A stretch of 64,000 nucleotides of DNA, taken from the IMG/VR virus record IMGVR_UViG_3300021440_000013, positions 124,001-188,000 of that record. One strand, written 5' to 3'. The stretch's first letter is position 1. Each line of letters begins with the position of its first letter. The translations under genes were made by a program, and so were the position numbers. Under the pieces are notes generated by a model. That model was not told the DNA's origin, made no database searches, and saw only the letters and a program-made list of their open reading frames with translations. Of the stretch, positions 59,391 to 64,000 are shown in pieces.

Positions 59391-59843
59391 ATGTCAGTGA
59401 TAAAGATAACGGGGTTGTCTAGCGCACTTTTGAATAGTGCGCTCAGACAAAGTCTGGGGATAAACGTGAACGGCTATGCTGCGTTTACGGGCATCTACCA
59501 AGGCAGCCCGCCCAACATTGTCGATGTGGTTAACAACGTCACCACCTTTAGGGCGAGTGACCTACTCTGGTCTTCTGAGGGCAGCGCTAACACTGTTCTG
59601 CCGCTTGGCTACCAGTTGAATGGTGATGGTTTTTTTTACCCGAAGAAACCCGGTATCGCCGGATGGTTTCTTTGTGCGGGGATTGATAAAGCGACGCGCA
59701 ACATCATGTCGTTTATCACTGGGCGTGTTTCTGAAAGCGGTGGTGATGGGGATCTTATACTTTCGAGCACAACACTCGAAAGTAATAATAAGTATCGTAT
59801 CCATCAACTCAAACTCAATATCCCGTACTCCTTTACCTACTAG
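59391..59843 (+). CDS. Small virion protein, paralog type B1
   Basis: IYQGSPP...FRASDLL...GIAGWF...GGDGDL...YR. Confidence 0.7.
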   Translation: MSVIKITGLSSALLNSALRQSLGINVNGYAAFTGIYQGSPPNIVDVVNNVTTFRASDLLWSSEGSANTVLPLGYQLNGDGFFYPKKPGIAGWFLCAGIDKATRNIMSFITGRVSESGGDGDLILSSTTLESNNKYRIHQLKLNIPYSFTY

Positions 59844-59855
59844 GGGGTGTTTTTA

Positions 59856-60317
59856 ATGGCAGTGATTTCAAAATCGCTAACCGCCGCGTACCTCATATCG
59901 CTTAGAAATAAGCTTTTGTTTCCGGTTAATGCGGCGGGTATTAAGCTGTGTATTGGGGAGATGCCGACAGACGCTGAGATTGAAACCCTCACTCAGTCAA
60001 GTAGCCGCATCACCGACAATGTCGCAGTGACGATCAACACCACGGGCCTCACCTCGAAGTTAAAGGATACGGCGTGGCCGCCCACTTACGCTTCGGACAC
60101 ACTTCCAAGTAACCCCAAGGCGTTGTCTACCAAAGTTGGAAAAATTGGATGGTGTGTTTTTTACCACACCAACCCCAGCGTGGTAGTTATCGGTGACGTC
60201 ACGTTAACGAACGGCACCGGACTTGTTAGTGTCGATGCGCTTGACGTGGTTGTAGGCACGCCTGTTACTCTTACCAACATCGCCATTCAGGTTAAGAGGT
60301 GGAACAGTGAAGCTTAA
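59856..60317 (+). CDS. Small virion protein, paralog type A2
   Basis: LCIGEMPTDAE...DVTLTNGTG...VGTPVTLTN. Confidence 0.7.
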   Translation: MAVISKSLTAAYLISLRNKLLFPVNAAGIKLCIGEMPTDAEIETLTQSSSRITDNVAVTINTTGLTSKLKDTAWPPTYASDTLPSNPKALSTKVGKIGWCVFYHTNPSVVVIGDVTLTNGTGLVSVDALDVVVGTPVTLTNIAIQVKRWNSEA

Positions 60318-60903
60318 ATATAATACCGCAGCTTTTACGGATTTACTCACCTATGCAACTGAAGGGGGTGAGGTCAGTGTGGCGGGAGTTCCTGCGAAAT
60401 ATTTCTGTGGACTTAACGGAGGTTTCTATATCGGAACCAACGGCACGGCTGTGGGTTTTGTTAAATCACTTATCGGAACCGGATGGGGTTGGATAACCTC
60501 GGTACGGGGTCTTTGGATCTATAAAGGTGTCCCACCCACGCTCGGTGAACTTGAAACGTACATCGCAGCGGCGCCAGTGAAAGTGACAGCGACGGACATC
60601 TTCCGGTATAGCGACCTTCTTATCAAATACACACCCCTTACGCAGTCTGTTACAAACACGTCGCTGATTCATAGTTTTAGTCCAAGCACAGCGACAGCAT
60701 CAGGCCAAGCATCGTGGTTTATTATCGGTGTCTATGCTGATAATTCGAGCGGTGTTGCTCTTCCCTCATATCTGATCATGGGTACCATAACGGAAAGTGC
60801 GGGGGGTGGCGACATTGAACTGGCTGATTTAAATATCGTCTCCGGCACGCAGTACCGCCTTCCTCCCTACGAACTTAAATTCCCTTCTAAACTCTCAAGC
60901 TAA
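60307..60903 (+). CDS. Small virion protein, paralog type B2
   Basis: RGLWIYKGVPPT...FRYSDLL...ASWFIIG...GGGDI...YRLP. Confidence 0.7.
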   Translation: MKLKYNTAAFTDLLTYATEGGEVSVAGVPAKYFCGLNGGFYIGTNGTAVGFVKSLIGTGWGWITSVRGLWIYKGVPPTLGELETYIAAAPVKVTATDIFRYSDLLIKYTPLTQSVTNTSLIHSFSPSTATASGQASWFIIGVYADNSSGVALPSYLIMGTITESAGGGDIELADLNIVSGTQYRLPPYELKFPSKLSS

Positions 60904-60918
60904 CAAAGGAAGTAAAAA

Positions 60919-61362
60919 ATGATCACCTCTAAAGGCATGGCCTGCTCGCTGCTTCAGTCGTACCTGATGTCTCTTCGCACCGTTCAAAGTGCATCAGGGC
61001 TTCTTTTGTGTGTCGGAACGCCTCCGACTGACGCCGAAGTCGATACGCTGACCGCTGCTTCCACGATCGTCACGAGTAATCTGGCATGCACGTTCGATAT
61101 GACCGGGTTTACCTATGCGCTTAACAACACTACGGAGTTTCCGCCACGTTATGTGCTCTCGGGCTATCCCTACACCAACACAAAAACTTCCGCCAAAGCC
61201 GGCACGATCACCTGGGGTGTCCTCTCAAATGCGGCATGGGGTATTGCAGTGATTGACGTCACGCCTACTAATGGCGGCGGCATCGTCGAAATCAACACTC
61301 CGACTGTCATCGTAGGTACGCCGGTCACGCTCACCAACTGGTCGGTTAAGATCGATCGTTAA
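60919..61362 (+). CDS. Small virion protein, paralog type A3
   Basis: LCVGTPPTDAE...AGTITW...DVTPTNGGG...VGTPVTLTN. Confidence 0.7.
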   Translation: MITSKGMACSLLQSYLMSLRTVQSASGLLLCVGTPPTDAEVDTLTAASTIVTSNLACTFDMTGFTYALNNTTEFPPRYVLSGYPYTNTKTSAKAGTITWGVLSNAAWGIAVIDVTPTNGGGIVEINTPTVIVGTPVTLTNWSVKIDR

Positions 61363-61381
61363 TCTTTTTAAGGAGAAATAT

Positions 61382-61912
61382 ATGTCTGCTCGTTTTCCTC
61401 TTGCTACGTTGAACTACCTGCTCCGTACTGCGGGCGCTCCTTCTTCCACGATGGGGGGTCTTGCAGCGCCGTCTAAGGGCGTCAATAGCGACATCATCCG
61501 GATTTATAATGCGGCAGTCCCGGTGCGTGGTCTCTTTATCTTCAAAGGCGTTCCGCCCACTAAAACGGAGCTTGATGCTATCGACAACACCGTCTATACG
61601 ACGGTTGCCACTTCGTTCCGTTACGCTGACCTGCTGCTTCAGTTTGCACCAAGTGTTGCACCCCAGTACGTTGAGGATAAAGCGCTCTTTTCGATGCCGC
61701 CGGCTACGCCGATTCGCTCGGGTACGGCCTCGTGGTTTATCTTCGGTGCCTTTAATAACAGTGGCGTCACGGAAACCCACTCATACATCATGGGTACTGT
61801 GGCAATGGACGGAAGTGGCGATCTGAACATCCTTGACACCAATATCGATTCGACGAAGCTGTATCGATTCCCTCAGTTTGCGTTCCAGGCTCCGAAGAAG
61901 TTTGTCTTTTAA
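61382..61912 (+). CDS. Small virion protein, paralog type B3
   Basis: RGLFIFKGVPPT...FRYADLL...ASWFIFG...GSGDL...YRFP. Confidence 0.7.
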   Translation: MSARFPLATLNYLLRTAGAPSSTMGGLAAPSKGVNSDIIRIYNAAVPVRGLFIFKGVPPTKTELDAIDNTVYTTVATSFRYADLLLQFAPSVAPQYVEDKALFSMPPATPIRSGTASWFIFGAFNNSGVTETHSYIMGTVAMDGSGDLNILDTNIDSTKLYRFPQFAFQAPKKFVF

Positions 61913-61935
61913 CCTAAACCACTGAGGTGATCTGT

Positions 61936-63147
61936 ATGCCACTCATCACAGTGGTGCCACAGAGTCGATATAAAACAATCGACTTAATAAACCAGGGTGA
62001 GATAACACTCACCCCTTCGTTTACTAACTACCGCTATACCAACCTGTTTCCTGTGTCGCTCTCCAAAGACGCAGTGGTAAACTATCTGGCGTTAAATAGC
62101 CAAGACACACTGGTTAAAAACGTCAGTATGGGTTCGGGCAGCAGTTATAGCCTAGGTAGTGATATTGCCACGCTTTCGAGCTTAGCAACACTACGTAATG
62201 GTGATGTCTTTACCCAGTCGAGTGAGATCGTTCTCAATAAACCCAGTGCGCTGATGGGAAATGCCGATGTGTTTAGTTTTACAAACGACATCGTTCTCAA
62301 TAAATCAAACGCAATCATGGGGGGTGGAGGTGTTTTTAATCTTACCAGCGACATAACGCCAGGATCTCCATTTGTGGTCTCAGGGGGTGCGGGAGAGTAC
62401 AGTCTTTCGTCACCTGGGATAGCGGTTGCGCCTGCGGTCTTGATGGACGATGCACCCACGTCGTATCCGGCTGATCGAGACACCACTGATCCGTATCTTT
62501 ACACCAACAACGTTCTTTTGACTGACTTTGAAGGTGCGAACGGAAGCACAAGTCTCACTGATGCGTATGGAAAGTTATTTTCCAATAGGACTGGCTTTAG
62601 CCTAAGCACAACCAAATCAAAGTTTGGCTCGAGTAGTGGGTACTTTAACGGCGCCACCTATCTTGAAACTCCGCAATCAGCACAAGACTATGCTTTTGGA
62701 GTCGGGGATTTTACCATCGAGTTCTGGTTTAACACCCCGGCATTACCTGCGTCTGTAGCATGCTTAGTCGATGCGCGAGACGACAGAACCGGAACGAACG
62801 GCTTTTTTGCATACTACCAGTCTAATGGTGTATTCGGTGTATCAGTCGATGGTGGCGCTACTGTTTATCCCACCGCTATTATTACGGCTAATAAATGGTA
62901 CCACCTCGCGGTGGTGAGAAACGGAGGGGTTTTACACACATATATTAACGGCAATTCGATTGGGTCTATTGAGTATAAATCCAACATGACAGCGCGATCG
63001 ATGGTGTTTGGAACAGTAATGACCATCAAGACCGGAGGGAGCGGCTGGGAGTTCTACGGCTACATGGATGCACTGCGTGTTACCAAGGGCGTTGCGCGCT
63101 ATGTTCATGCGTTCACGCCACCGACGGTTCCATATCCACTTCCTTAA
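61936..63147 (+). CDS. LamG/concanavalin-A-like lectin domain tail protein
   Basis: SKFGSSSGYFNG, GDFTIEFWF, WYHLAVVRNGG...YING, GYMDALRVTKGVARY; short internal repeats (IVLNK..A.MG). Confidence 0.85.
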   Translation: MPLITVVPQSRYKTIDLINQGEITLTPSFTNYRYTNLFPVSLSKDAVVNYLALNSQDTLVKNVSMGSGSSYSLGSDIATLSSLATLRNGDVFTQSSEIVLNKPSALMGNADVFSFTNDIVLNKSNAIMGGGGVFNLTSDITPGSPFVVSGGAGEYSLSSPGIAVAPAVLMDDAPTSYPADRDTTDPYLYTNNVLLTDFEGANGSTSLTDAYGKLFSNRTGFSLSTTKSKFGSSSGYFNGATYLETPQSAQDYAFGVGDFTIEFWFNTPALPASVACLVDARDDRTGTNGFFAYYQSNGVFGVSVDGGATVYPTAIITANKWYHLAVVRNGGVLHTYINGNSIGSIEYKSNMTARSMVFGTVMTIKTGGSGWEFYGYMDALRVTKGVARYVHAFTPPTVPYPLP

Positions 63148-63169
63148 TTTGTAATTGCACTTATCATCA

Positions 63170-63201
63170 CAGACAGGAGGGCCGCAAAGCCCTCCTGTCT
63201 G
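63170..63201. terminator. Intergenic hairpin
   Basis: CAGACAGGAGGGC...GCCCTCCTGTCTG, T-rich stretch nearby. Confidence 0.65.
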
Positions 63202-63225
63202 ACTGTGTTTTTAAAACACTTCAGT

Positions 63226-63243
63226 CATATATATTCTACTTGA
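63226..63243 (+). promoter_or_regulatory. Putative early promoter
   Basis: CATATATATTCTACTTGA upstream of small genes; matches the motif at 33469. Confidence 0.45.
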
Positions 63244-63292
63244 CTACATAACGCAAGTAGATTTCTTACTCTGATCTAAGGAGACATGGATC

Positions 63293-63490
63293 ATGCGGCC
63301 TATTGTGTTTGTGGAAGTCTTTAGTGAATGCATTGATCTATTCACTGAGGATGAGGTTGTTGAGCTTCAGCGTTTTGTCGCTGAAGCTCGTGACATCCGC
63401 GTCGTGATGACGCTAAAGGCGTTGGTGACAACCCACCGTCTTGGTGTTGAGAAGGCCATCGCTGGCCTTAAAGAAACTGTCTGTATCTAA
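63293..63490 (+). CDS. Small hypothetical protein
   Basis: SD AAGGAG; 65 aa. Confidence 0.6.
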   Translation: MRPIVFVEVFSECIDLFTEDEVVELQRFVAEARDIRVVMTLKALVTTHRLGVEKAIAGLKETVCI

Positions 63491-63501
63491 AAGAAAAGAC
63501 C

Positions 63502-63744
63502 ATGGACGATTTCATTACCTTTATCTACGTTACGAGCATGCTCGTAACAGCTGTTCTCACCACTCTTGGCACCACCGAGGGAGAACTTAAAATAAAGAAA
63601 AAATACCCGGATATTAAAGATAAGGCGGTAACGCGCCTTGTCATTCTGTCAAACGCAGTTACGGTGTTCATGCCGGTTTTTAACACCGGCATGGTGTTCT
63701 TTGCTGCCTGGCTTGTCCTTAAGAAAGTAAAAGAAAGGAGTTAA
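63502..63744 (+). CDS. Small 2-TM membrane protein
   Basis: Two hydrophobic segments. Confidence 0.6.
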   Translation: MDDFITFIYVTSMLVTAVLTTLGTTEGELKIKKKYPDIKDKAVTRLVILSNAVTVFMPVFNTGMVFFAAWLVLKKVKERS

Positions 63745-63746
63745 CC

Positions 63747-64000
63747 GTGTCGTACGTCGCAGTAAAAAGTCTTTAAATGTGTTTTCTGCGGCGTAGAAGA
63801 GGCGGAGCAGATCGACCAGTGAAGCTCGATCTGGGATCAGTTGGTCCACGAGACACCTGACATGGCAGTGCTCGAAGAAAACGGCACTAATCTCTGGAGG
63901 CTCGGTAAGGTGTGTGACGCCTGCTGTGAGCGAGGCAAGCCGTACAAAAAAGACGAAATCGCTGAAAGCTTTTTCGATCAACTCATCAACAAAGACTTTT
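63747..64000 (+). pseudogene. Disrupted CxxC...CxxC zinc-binding protein gene (runs off window)
   Basis: SD AAGGAG then GTG; frameshift in A5 run (63764-63768); in-frame TGA at 63820. Reconstructed MSYVAVKVFKCVFCG...KVCDACC. Confidence 0.45.

Noticed and set aside
57421-63147. Diversity-generating retroelement or invertase shufflon acting on fibre genes
   Set aside because: No reverse transcriptase, recombinase, template/variable repeat pair or inverted crossover sites seen in this window; the paralogs are diverged at DNA level.

Overview
This window is a gene-dense segment of a phiKZ-like (nucleus-forming, Chimalliviridae-type) jumbo phage genome in the standard genetic code. It encodes: one non-virion RNA polymerase beta' subunit (5'-truncated); three virion RNAP subunits; an SF2 helicase; an SbcC/Rad50 ATPase; RNase H; a UvsX/RecA-like recombinase; the prohead protease and its likely substrates; a ~2,540-aa tail-associated peptidoglycan hydrolase; a spike protein; and two accessory fibre/adhesin clusters (~12.5-20.3 kb and ~57.4-63.1 kb). 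The main hidden features are: (1) a 419-nt ORF-less group I intron that splits the catalytic GADFDGD motif of the virion RNAP beta' subunit, whose second exon the ORF track misses; (2) an Ala-start class 3 (WCT) intein inside the helicase Walker A motif; (3) an internal peptidase S74-like autocleavage domain in the middle of the giant tail hydrolase; (4) an (A-B)x3 array of paralogous small virion proteins; (5) a shared C-terminal H-x-W-stop tag and a shared N-terminal motif on fibre proteins from both clusters; (6) an orphan DarG-like macrodomain. phiKZ gp equivalences come from motif and synteny recognition, not database searches. No tRNA, rRNA or CRISPR array was recognised.
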